Source: Eledone cirrhosa (taxonomy: Eukaryota). From it: DNA of 64,000 nt. The stretch spans positions 366,048,001-366,112,000 of the forward strand of contig OZ024743.1 of the NCBI GenBank assembly GCA_964016885.1. The letters run 5' to 3'. Under the pieces are notes generated by a model that was not told where the DNA came from, did not search any database, and worked only from the letters and a program-made list of their open reading frames with translations. Positions 39,189-52,400 of this stretch are shown piece after piece. Numbering within the stretch: the first letter of the stretch is position 1; the number at the start of each line of letters is the position of its first letter. A program made the position numbers and the translations under genes.

Positions 39189-39206
39189 GTGGCTCGCTGT
39201 CTCATC

Positions 39207-39370
39207 CCTAGGGAGAATGAGTCGCCAAATAAATTTTGTACAAGTTGAAAACATGTATGTATACATATATATAAATCTATATATACACATGTACATCTAC
39301 ACACATACAAACACTCCCGTGTATATATATATATATATATATGTACATCTACACACATACAAACACTCCC

Positions 39371-39426
<56 letters not shown>

Positions 39427-39505
39427 GGGAGTGTTTGTATGTGTGTAGATGTACATGTGTATATATATAGATTTATATATATGTATACATACATGTTTTC
39501 AACTT
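39207..39505. repeat. Inverted repeat (~85-bp arms) of a module also found at 33218-33330
   Basis: 39242-39325 is mirrored at 39420-39505 around (TA)n. Confidence 0.9.
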
Positions 39506-39549
39506 CCTGAAGATTTCATCTGAATGAAACAGTACTAGTCCTGTAGAAG
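39503..39549 (+). ncRNA. Type I hammerhead ribozyme motif with a 4-bp stem III
   Basis: CUUC-CUGAAGA-uUUC aucu GAAu-GAAA-CAG uACUAGUc CUG-UA^-GAAG, then AAUAAA. Confidence 0.85.
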
Positions 39550-39828
39550 CTCCTTCTATAAAATAAAATAAAAATATATATATATATATATATATAAAAA
39601 TCGACAGTCGATCTATATATTCTTTTTAAGCTTATTTTTTATATTTGAACTTCATTTGAATAAATAAAATTTAATTCGCGTAAAATTTTACTTCTGTGAT
39701 AGGGTCCGAGAAAGCACCATAAACAATACTAACATGCTACAACAAATGTTGGTTTGTCCCCATGACATTTTTAAGGCAAACGAGGCCCCTGCCTATAATG
39801 GAGTTACTTAACTGATAATGTCTGAGGG

Positions 39829-39956
<128 letters not shown>

Positions 39957-40160
39957 GAAAGGTATAGAAAGTATTGTAGCAAGAAGCCATAATATATAAG
40001 TGACTATAGCGTCAAAATGGGAAAATAGTTAACGTAAGATGTGGCAAAAATAATTCAAACCCAATTCAAAACGAATCAGGATATAGATTCATCCAACAGA
40101 ATTGTATATATATAGAGAGAATATATTAATAAATGGAAACTATATTTATAAAACCATAAT

Positions 40161-40224
40161 TATTTTATTATATATATTTCAAGGGCGACCAAGCCAATCT
40201 TGGTGCGCTTTCATCAGTTAAATA
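40161..40224 (-). ncRNA. Type I hammerhead ribozyme motif
   Basis: UUUAA-CUGAUGA-AAGCGCACCAAG auugg CUUGGUCGCCCUU-GAAA-UAUAUA-UA^-AUAAA; stem I has an A.A mismatch. Confidence 0.7.
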
Positions 40225-40724
40225 CAAAATTTGTTTTATAAATACTGACATAACCATAGAGAACAACCTTGACGGTTGAAAATTCGCTGGATATATATAA
40301 TATATATATTTAATATTTACTCCAGTAACTGTTGAGTGCTCTATATCAGTTATAAACTTTTAAGTTTGTTGGAATCCCAACAAATTAAATATAACTTCTA
40401 CATATATATATATATTTCGTTTCTGAATTTGTTTAGCAAGATTCTTTATCTGAAATCGTGTGTTGAAACCGATATTGTTATACTTTGGGAGGATCATGTT
40501 GCCAATAAGATTGGCAACATGACCCTCCCAAAGTATAACAATATATATATATATATAACGAAAGAAATGTGGTAAGGAACGCACCAAAGTACTCAATACT
40601 TAGGGTAGTAGAGTGGGTAATATATATATATATGGCAGTTACTTAAGTGAGAAATGAAATTTCGTTTCATTCGATTCCATATATATATATATATAAAAAT
40701 ATCTTTAAAAAATGTCTTTAAAAA

Positions 40725-40951
40725 TATCTTTTAAAAATGTCTTAGAGAAAGAAAAAAAAAAAAAAAAAAAGCAAATCATTTGGTCAAACAATTCCCTAAA
40801 CTTTCAGTAATGAAATAATTATATTATATTATATATATATATATATATAATATAATTATTTCATTACTGAAAGTTTAGGGAATTGTTTGACCAAATGATT
40901 TGCTTTTTTTTTTTTTTTTTTTCTTTCTCTAAGACATTTTTTAAAGATATT
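40725..40951. repeat. Palindrome (~105-bp arms) centred on (TA)n; sequence related to 29600-29735
   Basis: aaaatgtcttagagaaag(A)n gcaaatcatttggtcaaacaattccctaaactttcagtaatgaaataattata and its mirror image. Confidence 0.93.
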
Positions 40952-41085
40952 TTTTTAAAGCAAAGCATCGGCTCCCAAAATACTACAGTGGGTCTTTGCA
41001 ATGCTACCGTGGGCCCCCTGGGCCCCACTTGCCATTAGGCAACCTGGCCAGTCCGCCACTGCATATATATATACATATATATATA

Positions 41086-41462
41086 TATTAAAATATAAGT
41101 ATTAATAAAATAGATGTTCTTTTGATCAATTACATTTTATTATACATATTTCGGATGTACAACAGTACGTCCTCATCAGACAAAATATAATGATACATGA
41201 CTAAATGATACCTTGATTAAATCTTAACCATTTAACATCTCAGGGTATGTCATGTATCATTATATTTTGTCCGATGAGGACGTACTGTTGTACATCCTAA
41301 ATATGTATAATAAAATGTAATTGATCAAAAGAACATCTATTTTATTAATACTTATATTTTAATATTAATAACACGTGAAAATTATTTTCTGTTGAGTGCT
41401 TCCAATCTACTGTAAGACTCATTCTTTGACATAATCATCGAATATTGTTTAACAACTTAATA
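41086..41462. mobile_element. pLTR module with ~116-bp inverted arms, each with a hammerhead copy
   Basis: 41086-41201 is mirrored at 41249-41364; same family as 19040-19350. Confidence 0.85.
41130..41190 (-). ncRNA. Type I hammerhead ribozyme motif (canonical core)
   Basis: UUAUAUUUUGU-CUGAUGA-GGAcGUAC uguu GUACaUCC-GAAA-UAUGUA-UA^-AUAAAAUGUAA, with an 11-bp stem I. Confidence 0.88.
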
Positions 41463-41484
41463 CATATATATATATATATTATAT

Positions 41485-41608
41485 ATTATTCTTTTACTCT
41501 TTTACCTGTCCAAGCCATCCTGCTGGGCACCGCCCTTGAAAAGTATCGATGCATCGGCCGGGAAACGAACCCGGGTCGCCCGTGTGTCAGGCGAGCATTC
41601 TACCACTG
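41485..41608 (-). pseudogene. 5'-truncated tRNA-Gly(GCC)-derived sequence (41550-41608) joined to a SINE tail
   Basis: CAGTGGTAGAATGCTCGCCTGACACACGGGCGACCCGGGTTCGTTTCCCGGCCGATGCA matches invertebrate tRNA-Gly with the anticodon changed to GAC; the 5' acceptor strand is absent. Confidence 0.85.
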
Positions 41609-41611
41609 TAT

Positions 41612-41644
<33 letters not shown>

Positions 41645-43869
41645 GTTCAAGGAGTCAACAAACAGAGGTACAAACAGTTTTATTAGTTTCACGCTTTAAT
41701 ATACATATTCCCCCACCTGAGGAACCAGCAACACACTGGGGGAGGGGGTCTAAATAAGGTGCTTCAGCCCTAGTAATATATTTGCACCCAAGTATGCTAT
41801 TGAGTACTTTCTTCTACCGAATGCCAAATCCAATGGATATGTGAAATGTGTGTGTGTGTCTGAAAGGGTTTTTTTTCCGTCACATTCACGTGTAGCGTTT
41901 TGTTGTTGTTTTCTTGTGATTCTCTATCAAACACACACACAACTCCATAACTCTTATTAACCTTTTCGATGAATAAAAACTTTTTAAGAACGTTTACATG
42001 CACGAAAGAGAGAAAGAGGGACAGATAGATAAATAGCGATAGATTGTTAGATTGATATATAGAAAGAGACTGAGAGAAAGACAGATAGACAGACAGAGGG
42101 GGTGGGAGAAAGTGAAAAGCAGGAGAATGGTTATGAATACACATGTATAAATAAAGTTGTGTTTTTATTAACAAAAAAAAATAAAGCGACAGACAGAAAT
42201 AAAAACACAAAATACAGACAGCTGTCCATCTATATACTACAGCAATAGAGCGCTATGTGACATACATGGTCGTGTTTGTTAAGGATTTCCCTTCGCAACC
42301 ACGTGGTTCTAGGTTCAGTCCCGTAGCGCGGCACAAGTTGATCAATGCATTTGTGAGTGCTCCAGTATGACTGCAGTCTAATGACTAAAACCAGTAAAAG
42401 AATGTGTGTATATGTGTGTGTGTGTGGCAGTGTACTGGCTAGAAACAACTATAATTTAAGGCAAAGTTATCAATACATGAAGTATATATATTTTGATTTA
42501 TTAAAATCGATTGCTCTGACAAGACTAGATTTTGTTTCCTTGTGTGTGTTTGCATATTTCCAACAATAAGAAAGGATTCAGCGTCACATCATCCCGTTTA
42601 TCTACTAAAAATACAAGGACTTAGTAATCATAACTAAAACACCCTATACACGTTTTAACATCGCGTGTCACTTTCCGTTCAACGATTCTCATGTTTCTGC
42701 CTGTCCCTTACTCGCTTCTTCACTCTCTACTTCTCTATTTGTCTTTCTCTCTCTTACTCGTCTTCTGTCTCTTTCATTCCCTCATGCATCCTCTCTCTGA
42801 TTCCCCCCCTCTCTCTCTCTGTATATATCTCTTTCTTATTCGCTTTTTCTGTGTCTATTTATCGCATTATCTTTCTATATATTTTTTTCTTTCATTCATT
42901 CCCTTATTCTCTCTCTCTCTCCCTCCCCCTCCCTCTCTCTATTTATTTATCTATCTTTCTGTTTTTGGTCAAACTTGCTTCAACTGCTCTTTGTACAAAA
43001 GAACACAATACATTCATAGTGACAGAATAAAAAACGATACGATACGCAACTTCATACCCATTACCGGACTTCCAATAAAACTACCCAGCATATAACTATT
43101 ATTGGTGGTGGCGCTACTATTTCTACAACTACCACCACACTTATTAAATCTTATACAATATCATTCATTCACCTAGATTATCATTAATACTACTACTACC
43201 ACCACCACTCTCACTTTTAAATCATATATATATCACGTATACACGGCTCGCATCGGACAGAAAACCGCTCGCTCACATACACACACATGTGAATGTATAC
43301 ATATATATATATCTTTCTTTCACTCACATACCTTCTCCTCTCCTCTCTCTACTTGTCTCTTAAACAATCTTCATTCGAACTTCATTAAAGCCTCCTACTC
43401 TCTCGCTTTGTCTCTGTCTCTCTTTTTCACTCACTGACGTTCATTTTACCCTCTATTTTCTCACCCTGCTCTCTTATAGTTATATGCTATTCCCCTCCCT
43501 CTACACTTTATACACGTACTTTCATATCTCCTATCTCTTTTACAGTCGTATAACAACATTGACACCAATACACGTACATACACATCGATGCTCACACACA
43601 CATACGTACACTCATACAACGAGAACTAACTATACACAGTGTGCGCACACGTTATATACAACTTACGGCGACCAAAAATATTTATTTATATATTCGTTTT
43701 TTTTTTTTATTATTTTATTTGTTTGCTATCCATTTCTTAGTGTTTCTTGCTATTGTAAACACAGTTTCTCGGTTTTTTCATACAACGTGCATCGTCCTGA
43801 AAGGTATATTACCTACGTCATGACTAAAACTTTAACTGAATAATTCAAGGTAAGTGATGAACATTGCTG

Positions 43870-43944
<75 letters not shown>

Positions 43945-44035
43945 CTCGCACATTGATTAATTCATTGACATTATATATCTATCGATCTATATATGTATAT
44001 AATTTCTATACTTTCATTTATATGTATATATATAT

Positions 44036-44067
<32 letters not shown>

Positions 44068-45129
44068 CACATGGCTAAAATAGATATTAAAAAAGTTGAT
44101 TTTTACGAGAAAACTATATCTCAAAGAAAGGACTCAATACATGAATTAGAGTGTGTATATCATTAATTTATTAAGTAATAATGACCTTACATCAATATGT
44201 GTGTGTGTGTGTATAACTTCTCCCTTCAAAAATCCTAGTTATTCGTCTATAAATGAAGTTTTCCTTTTTTAAACTCTGTTTTCATTAACTTTTGAGTATA
44301 ATGTATATTTATTATTGATTTCGTACATAGGTACAAACTCTTCAGTGTAAAGTAGGAGAGATTGTCTGAGCATTCATTCGCTTTCTCAAAGTAATTTAGC
44401 GATCTTCAGAGAAATAATTATTACTCGCGAATTGAAACCGGGTTGCGGGCAGTGTTCGCAGTGGCTTGCCTTGTCCAGAACTAGAGTTCTATAGATTTTC
44501 TTCATAACTACAAGGCCTCAAATATGCTGTTATTTAACACAGGTCAGCAAGGATCCAGCAAACAGACCTATGATCAGGCCCTTTTTGAGAGAAAGGTTTT
44601 GTGAGGCGGAACAGACTTTCTGGTCCCGGGTGGTGGTAGGGGTATTCCTGTCAACATTCTTGAGGGACTGAGGGATTTTTTACGTGAGGTGTGGGAGGCC
44701 GTCATATATTCATGGTCTCTCTTTGGCTAGACCTCTTTTGTTGTAAAATCTGCCTAGGATCAAGTACTTTCCAGCCACGACTATCCCGTCATCTAAGATT
44801 AATGCGCTCTTAGATTATTTTAATAATGTAAATTGAAGAGAAATTTAGCTGCTGTTTCTAGCAAGCCTAGTTACTACGCAGAAGCTCTTCCGTTAGATGT
44901 ATAATATAGGGGAAAGGGATGTGATGAGGATGTTCATATGTAGAGTTAATACCTGTTCCAAGAGTCGTTAAAAACTAAAGTGAAATAAAATAACTACAAA
45001 CTCTAATATCGAAATTTGGTCACGGATTCAGCTTGCAGGGTGCTTACTTTTCCTGCGGTGCATATTTATGAGTATAGATAGTATTAAGAGCGACAACGTA
45101 TGTTTCGCGGTAGTTTACATCTATCCATT

Positions 45130-45745
45130 CCTTTACGTTCTGTGTTCAAATCTCACTAAAGTCAACTTTGCATTTTATCCTTCTGAGGTTGAATAAAATA
45201 AAATACTAGTTGAATACTAACTAATTAATTCAAGACCTGCTCCCTACATCAAACCCAACAAAATGTGTGCCTTGTGTCAATGTTTGAAATAATAGTTATT
45301 ATTATATGTAAGGGAGAATGGCGACTGAGTGACAGCCGTTAGAGAATCGGGCAAAGTCTTAGCAGTATTTGTTCCGGGCTCTCTACATTCTGAGTTCAAA
45401 TCCCACCGAAGTCGACTTTGCCTTTCATTTTTGGGGGTGGGGGGTGGGGGTCAATAAAACAAAGTACCAGTGACGCAGTGGCATCGATTTAATCGACTTA
45501 TCGAATCCCTTTAAATTGCAGGCCTTGTGACGAAAGTATAGAAACAATTATTAATGAGTAGAGCGGTGCATTGCAGTATTTAGTTACGACTTTCAACGTT
45601 CTGAGTTCGAATCCCGCCGGTTCCACTTTGCCTTTCGTCCTTCCTGGGTCGATAACATAAAATATCAGTTAAGTACTGGGTGATATAATCGATTTATACG
45701 ATTCCCCAAATTGCTGGCTTTGTACCAATGATAGAAAAAATTATT
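45130..45745 (+). mobile_element. Three tandem diverged SINE copies
   Basis: Three repeats of (c)gttctgagttcaaatccc..actttgccttt..ataaaataaagtaccagt-like sequence. Confidence 0.75.
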
Positions 45746-46084
45746 ATAGTGGTGGTGGTGGTGTCGAAATTCAATATAACATTCAGCATCATCAGCAACA
45801 ACATAACGAAATGATCCAACGTTTCTTTATCTATGAAGTTTATCCACTTTTTGAAACGAAAACTTTTTTTCTATTTAAAAAAAATGCATGCAACTTTTAG
45901 CATAAATAATTTAGTATTTCCTTGTACAACATTGACACGCAGGGCGAAGAGGGGACTCACACTTGCTGTCGTGACTCCTCAGTTATCATTTATCCAAACA
46001 TTTTCTGAGATCCCTGGAAAATCCCGGAGTCCGGGTACGATGTACCTACTCATTGCACCTCCACCCTCATAACATAGCTTATAT

Positions 46085-46535
46085 ATGTGTATACACACAC
46101 ACGTATATACACACACGCATATAAATACATACACACACTATATACATACATACATACACACTATATTTATATATATATACATACACACACTATATATTAT
46201 ATATATATATATATATACATACACACACTATATATTATATATATATATATACATACATACACACACTATAAATTATATATATATATATATATACACTATA
46301 TATATACATACATACATAAACTATATATATATACATACATAAACTATATATATATACATACATACACTATATATATATACATACATACACTATATATATA
46401 TACATACATACACTATATATATACATACATACATAAACTATATATACATACATACACTATATATATATACATACATACACACTATATATATATATACATA
46501 CATACATACATACACTATATATACATACATACATA

Positions 46536-46570
<35 letters not shown>

Positions 46571-46838
46571 CATACATACACTATATATACATACATACAT
46601 ACACTATATATATATACATACATACACTATATATATATATACATACATACACTATATATATATACATACATACACTATATATATATACATACATACACTA
46701 TATATATATACATACATACACTATATATATACATACACACACTATATATATATACATACATACACTATATATATATACATACATACACTATATATATATA
46801 CACACACACACTATATATATATATACATACATACACAC

Positions 46839-46870
<32 letters not shown>

Positions 46871-46872
46871 CG
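46085..46872. repeat. Compound micro/minisatellite, unit about (TA)nCATACATACAC
   Basis: Directly visible. Confidence 0.95.
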
Positions 46873-46947
46873 TGCATACACACTCCCCGATACATACACA
46901 AACATATGTGCGTGTATGTACACAGAAATTTAGTGCTAGTGAACATT

Positions 46948-47175
46948 GTGGAGGTGCGTGGCCTAGTGGTAATGGTGTTGGACGTACGATCAATAATGTT
47001 GTGGGTTCGATTCCTGGACTTGGGTTGTGTGTTGTGATCTTGAGCAAAACACTTCATTTCACGTTGCTCCAATATACTCAGCTGAAAACGAGTACCAGCA
47101 ATAGTTGTGGGATTAACCCTGCGATGGACTGGCGTTCTGTCCAGGGGATAGTCTTGCACTCTCTGTCGCTTCCGG
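46948..47175 (+). mobile_element. tRNA-derived SINE of a second family (partial relative at 53170-53280)
   Basis: A box TGGCCTAGTGG, B box GGTTCGATTCC, body cttgagcaaaacacttcatttcacgtt..ccctgcgatggactggcg..tgtccagggg. Confidence 0.8.
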
Positions 47176-47490
47176 GCTCGAGACCTTAGATTTTTTTTAT
47201 ATGCTGAGTTAACTAAAGTCACTTTGTTTCTCTTGTTTCTCAATCTACCACATTCACTAAAAGTTCGGGTATATTCACCTTGATCTTTTACCCACTTCCT
47301 CTAACTCTGTAGCTTACCCTGCACCAGTTGTAATTCAGTACCACTAACCCATATGTTTTTATATATGTACCATCATTATGGAATGTAAACAAGAGTCTTT
47401 ACATATTTTCTCCCCTTCACCCTCACTTCAATTTTTTCTTCTACATATTATGCTACAAAGCTACAAATACCAATCAAGTATTGGGGTCTA

Positions 47491-47581
47491 TATAACCGAC
47501 TGTCTCACCCCGTCCCCCATCGAAATTTGTGGCATTGTGCCACAAATTTCGATGGCGGAGGGGGTGAGACAGTCGGTTATA
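47491..47581. repeat. Near-perfect ~90-bp hairpin
   Basis: tataaccgactgtctcacccc..ccatcgaaatttgtggca-ttg-tgccacaaatttcgatgg..ggggtgagacagtcggttata. Confidence 0.9.
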
Positions 47582-48347
47582 CGCACACACGCGCGCAGCA
47601 ACATGCACTCACGCAGACACTATAAATGCAAAAACAACTACCATACACACACACTACAAACGCAGACACAGGACCATACACACATTAAATGTAATACAAA
47701 CATCAGATGTACACACAACGTACACATTAGCCCTGTAAGGCGTTGCTCGACATAGCTGTCAAATCTCTTCCTCAAATAATAACTAATGAAGTGATTTGGG
47801 GCTTGGACACACGCCCTACAAGGGAGCAATCGGAATATTGGGACAACAAAGTGGATGATGGGACAGTTGTTTTAAATTTTACTTTGTCTTTTTAACGTCA
47901 AACATGTTTTATATTGTAGGGATCAATATTTTTTATGTCTCGTAGTGTGGCATTGAGCAAAAATTGGTTAGAAATCGCTGCAATGTCTTCATTATAGGAC
48001 AGATTAGACAAAGTTCCTGATGAACACAGAAAGGCGGGATGGTCACGGTTTGAACGCCTGTGATTATAGATCTGCTTGATCATGTCTGGCCTGACCTGTC
48101 ACGAAACAATATTACACTCTTTTCCGATAATCGTGTTCGATTCCCTGTCAGTTTTAATTGTTTCTCTTGAATTTACTTTTTTATTAGCTTCAAGTATATG
48201 AGTGTGGCCATACTGCAGCACCGCTTTCAACGGTTGTTTTTAGTAGATCATATCGACCTCAATACTTATTTCAGTTGAAACCATTTTTTATCGATATCTG
48301 TTTATTGAATAGCTAAATTATCATTTTTGACACCATCAGTTTTTCAC

Positions 48348-48428
<81 letters not shown>

Positions 48429-49234
48429 CACATACACCAAGAACTTCTGCATATTATCCACCCATCAAATTCCACTCACAGGGCGTTGGATAATTCGAGG
48501 ATTTCAATTGAAGTCACTTACTTGCCCAAGCTGCCGCGCAGAACTTAGCGACACGGCTGTTTTTTGTGTTGCTCTATACTTTTAACCTGAAATAGGAAAA
48601 TACATGAACACTTCCGATTCTTAACTTTTCTTCCTCTTTCAATTAGGATAATCATTTTTTACTAGTATTAAAAATGTGTTGTTGTTTAACCCCAGGTTGA
48701 CTGGGTAAATTTACGATCAAATCGTTCCAGCGGTGCAACCAGAACTATTCAAATTAGAAACTTCTTTTTTTAAGATATCAAGGTGTGGTATGATTAGGTG
48801 TTGTGGTTGCTATTTCTAACAGGTCTGAGACTCCTTCTTAATCACAAGCCATCGCAACCATCTTAGTAAATAATTAATATTCTAGTGGATTGCGTTAAAG
48901 CGTCCGACAAAGTGTTTTGCGATATTTGTTCCGTTGCAAGTTCAAATCCTGACGAAGTCCGCATGTCTTTCCTCCTTCTGGGATCGATGAAATAAAGTAT
49001 CAACTACTGAGGTCGATTTAATGGATTTACCTCTGATAAGGAATTTACGACTCTTTAACCTATTTCGAGTAGCTCCTAAATTCTCTGAAATGTTTTTCTG
49101 TATTACATTTTCAGATAAGATTCAAAGACAAAAATCGCATTGTGTAAGAACAAAGATAGGTAAATTCGCGTTTCTTTGTGTGTATTTTTGTTTATAATAA
49201 GTTGTGCGACTCCGGTTGTCGTAATTATTATTAT

Positions 49235-49432
49235 GTGGATTGTCAGTATCTGGTAGAGCGTCGGGCAATATGCTTTGCGGAATATAGTTACAGCCCTTTA
49301 CGTTCTGAGTTCAAATCCCGCTAAGGTTGGCTTACGAAGTCGATAAAATAAAGTACCAGGCACGCACTGGGGTCGGTTTAATCGACTTTCCTCTCCCAAA
49401 ACAATTATTGGCCTTGTGCCTAATTTAGAGAC
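49235..49432 (+). mobile_element. tRNA-derived SINE (main family; further copies at ~48885, ~52790 minus, ~56860, ~59900 minus, ~61620)
   Basis: B box ctgagttcaaatcccg and body gtcgataaaataaagtaccagg. Confidence 0.8.
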
Positions 49433-52400
49433 TAATTAATAGCTAAAATTGGTTCTTCAGATTGAAAAAGGTTTCCCTCTTATGGACTAATCTTACTCCC
49501 CTAAATTCTGACCTTGTGAAATTAATATTTCAGTGGGACACGCATTTACATTTGATCCTTTATGGGAAAATATTCCTGAGCTTTGTGTTGTATCTACTCT
49601 TCAGCATGTGAAGTGGATAGTGTTCGGCTTTATTTTATTTCATGTTATTCCAGTCAAGTAACTGGAAAAAATGAGTTGTACCTGTAAGTCAATGTGCCAG
49701 GTTGTCACACACTGTGTCATGCTAAATCTCTATGAAGTTGTTTCGTTGATCGTTTCAATTGGGTCACTGGTCGTCGAAACCGTCGGAGTTCCAACATATA
49801 TTTAAGTCTTCTGTGTCTTATTGTATAACATAAATATTTTATATTTTGAGTGGACACAAGCATGGCTGAATTGTTAAAAAGTTCGCTTCGCAATTATGCG
49901 GTCCCCGCTCGATCTCACCGTGTGGCATCTTGGACAGGTGTTTTCACCATATACTCGCAAGCTTTGTGAATGAAATTGGCTTGACGAAAACTGTGGAACC
50001 CATCAGATGGATTGTACTTGTAAGTCAAAGGGCCAACCTTATATATTGTGATGCGCTAACCTGACTTGAGAATTACATTAAGTGTATAGGTATGATGTGA
50101 CATACTCAACCACTTACATGCTTATTTAACGATTCATGTGTTCAGTTAATTGAACTACTGAATGCTCATCGTTGTAACCGACGGAGAATACATCACATTT
50201 TGTCAAAATCTTCGCGACTTGTATTATGTTCAGCTAGAGTAGTTGTCAATTGAAAGTTCTAACCTTGAGTCAGGTTGATCCTACCAGAGAAATACCTAAA
50301 GGATTGCATGTGTCTATATAATGATCAGCCACTTACGCGTTAACTTAACGAGTAAGTAGTTCAGTTGATTGAACAATCGAATGCTCATCATAAAATTGTA
50401 GTGATATAGTAACTGTGGTGTTGACGCAGTAAAGGTGACTGGCTAAGAAGTTTGTTTGGCAATCATAAAGTCACAAGTTCGAACCCAAGCTTTATGAGTG
50501 AAATTAGGTTAACAGAAACTCGAAACTCAGAAAGTCCGTCAGATGGAATGTACTAGTAATTTAAATGACGTGAATTTCCTTTAGAATTAAGTTAAGGCTA
50601 CACGTGTGTGTGGAATGTTTAGCCTCTTACACGTTAATTTCACGAGTAAGCTTTATTGTTCAGCAAACAACTAATTCATGCATTCATCGTCGAAACAAAC
50701 GGAGGTCCTTTCCATTTCCATTAACCGTGGATATGGTGATGTTCATAGCAATTCAAATATTTAAACTGAGGGGACCTCTACACGGTCGCTTGGCATGTTA
50801 GAAATAGCAACCAAATCTCCCGCAAATCACACTGTATGGTGTCTTAAATAAAGAAATAGCACATTAAATAATGTAGTCCTAGATTAAACCTAAAAATACG
50901 GAATGATCACAACTGGAATTCTTTCGATCATATGCCTGTTAGATCAGGGTTAATTTCGGGTTAAACGAGACCACTGCCATTCACAGATATTTCAACTTTT
51001 TTATTTAGAATAAATTTTGTCTCGCAACCGAAAACTAGGCCTTTGAATTCGCCGAATTCGCTTGTACCTCACCACATTCCCGACAATTTTTGCTAATTAA
51101 TTCCAAGTCTGTTTTTAACCGGTAATTAGAGTAAAGGCAGTATTTTTCACACAAACAAAATATGACAATGAGGGTGAGAGGTGTCAAAAACATTTGAATT
51201 TAAAAAAAACTACATTCTAATACTAGCACAGAGACACACACACACACACAGACACAGACACACACACAGACATACACACGGTTTTCGTTGGACCTTCATC
51301 AGTTCCAAGGACCAGTGTTCCAGTTGTTTGAACAACGAAACTGTCTGTTCGTGAAATCAATGTGCATTTCACATACGCGAACACGCTTAAAGTAATTCTC
51401 AGGGAGATTCAGCGTGACATTGTGTGTGAAATGACTGATACTTTTGAATGACAGGTACATCACATTCTTTTTTTCTCCGGCTGAGTGAATTTGAAGCATC
51501 GTGAAACGAAGTGTCTTTCTCAAAAAGAAGGCGCCGCTCAGTTCGAGGATCGTTTTTTAAAACTTTATGATTGTGAGTCCCACCAAGACATGCACCTTCA
51601 ACACACACGTAACTCATTTACTGTTGAAACCTCCGGCGTCCTCGGTTTCTTCTGCTAAATCGAGAGAGGTGCATGAAGCCTGAGGAGGGATCCCCGTGAG
51701 GTAATGAAGCAGGTGTGGCTGGCTGGTCTCCGCGGCAATTTTTTCGCCTAGTCTGGAGTGTAGGATCTTCCCCCCTCCCGCCTCCACTTTCCCTTACTTT
51801 CGCTATTTTTTTTTCTTTCTCGTTTTTTTTTTTAATATTCAAAAGTTTATGAACTGTAAATTTATTTAATATATATATATATATATTACAAAAACAAAAG
51901 AGACTGGTGTGCTTCTTATTTTCTCATTTTTCCCGGAAGATTGCGACAATTCCTTTACATTAAAGTGAACTTGTCTGTAGACACAAACTACGTGCTAAGA
52001 CCCACCCACTTCCTTCACACCAGTCTCTCTACTTAGCTGCCTCATTAGTAATCACCTGTTGCCGAACAATACACCTTGCTTTTATTGTGTTCAGGTGTAG
52101 AAAGTAGATTAAGGAAGCGTCATTGTCATTTCAACTTTACTTTACATAAAAAATCGATAGAGCTACTTACCCCCTCTCTCTCTTTGTCTATCTATCTGAC
52201 TACAAACCAACGAGGGAGCTGTGACGTGGTTGCTCAACCTGTTAGAAACAGCAGCCAAATTTTTCAGTAAAGTACACATTAATCTAATAAGGTCCTACAT
52301 ACCCATAAAAAGACGGTGTAGACACAGCTTGAATGACTGATCATAGACCTGTTTCGCTATTAGATCAGTTTTCATATAAACTAAACAAGCCCCACCCCAG

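Noticed and set aside
41550-41608. Functional tRNA gene
   Set aside because: The 5' acceptor strand is missing, the anticodon and T-loop are altered, and a SINE tail follows.
41714-41762. CUGAGGA-ACCAG..CUGG hammerhead-like start
   Set aside because: GAAA and stem III are absent.
46087-47037. 316-aa YIHT-rich ORF
   Set aside because: Translation of a compound microsatellite.
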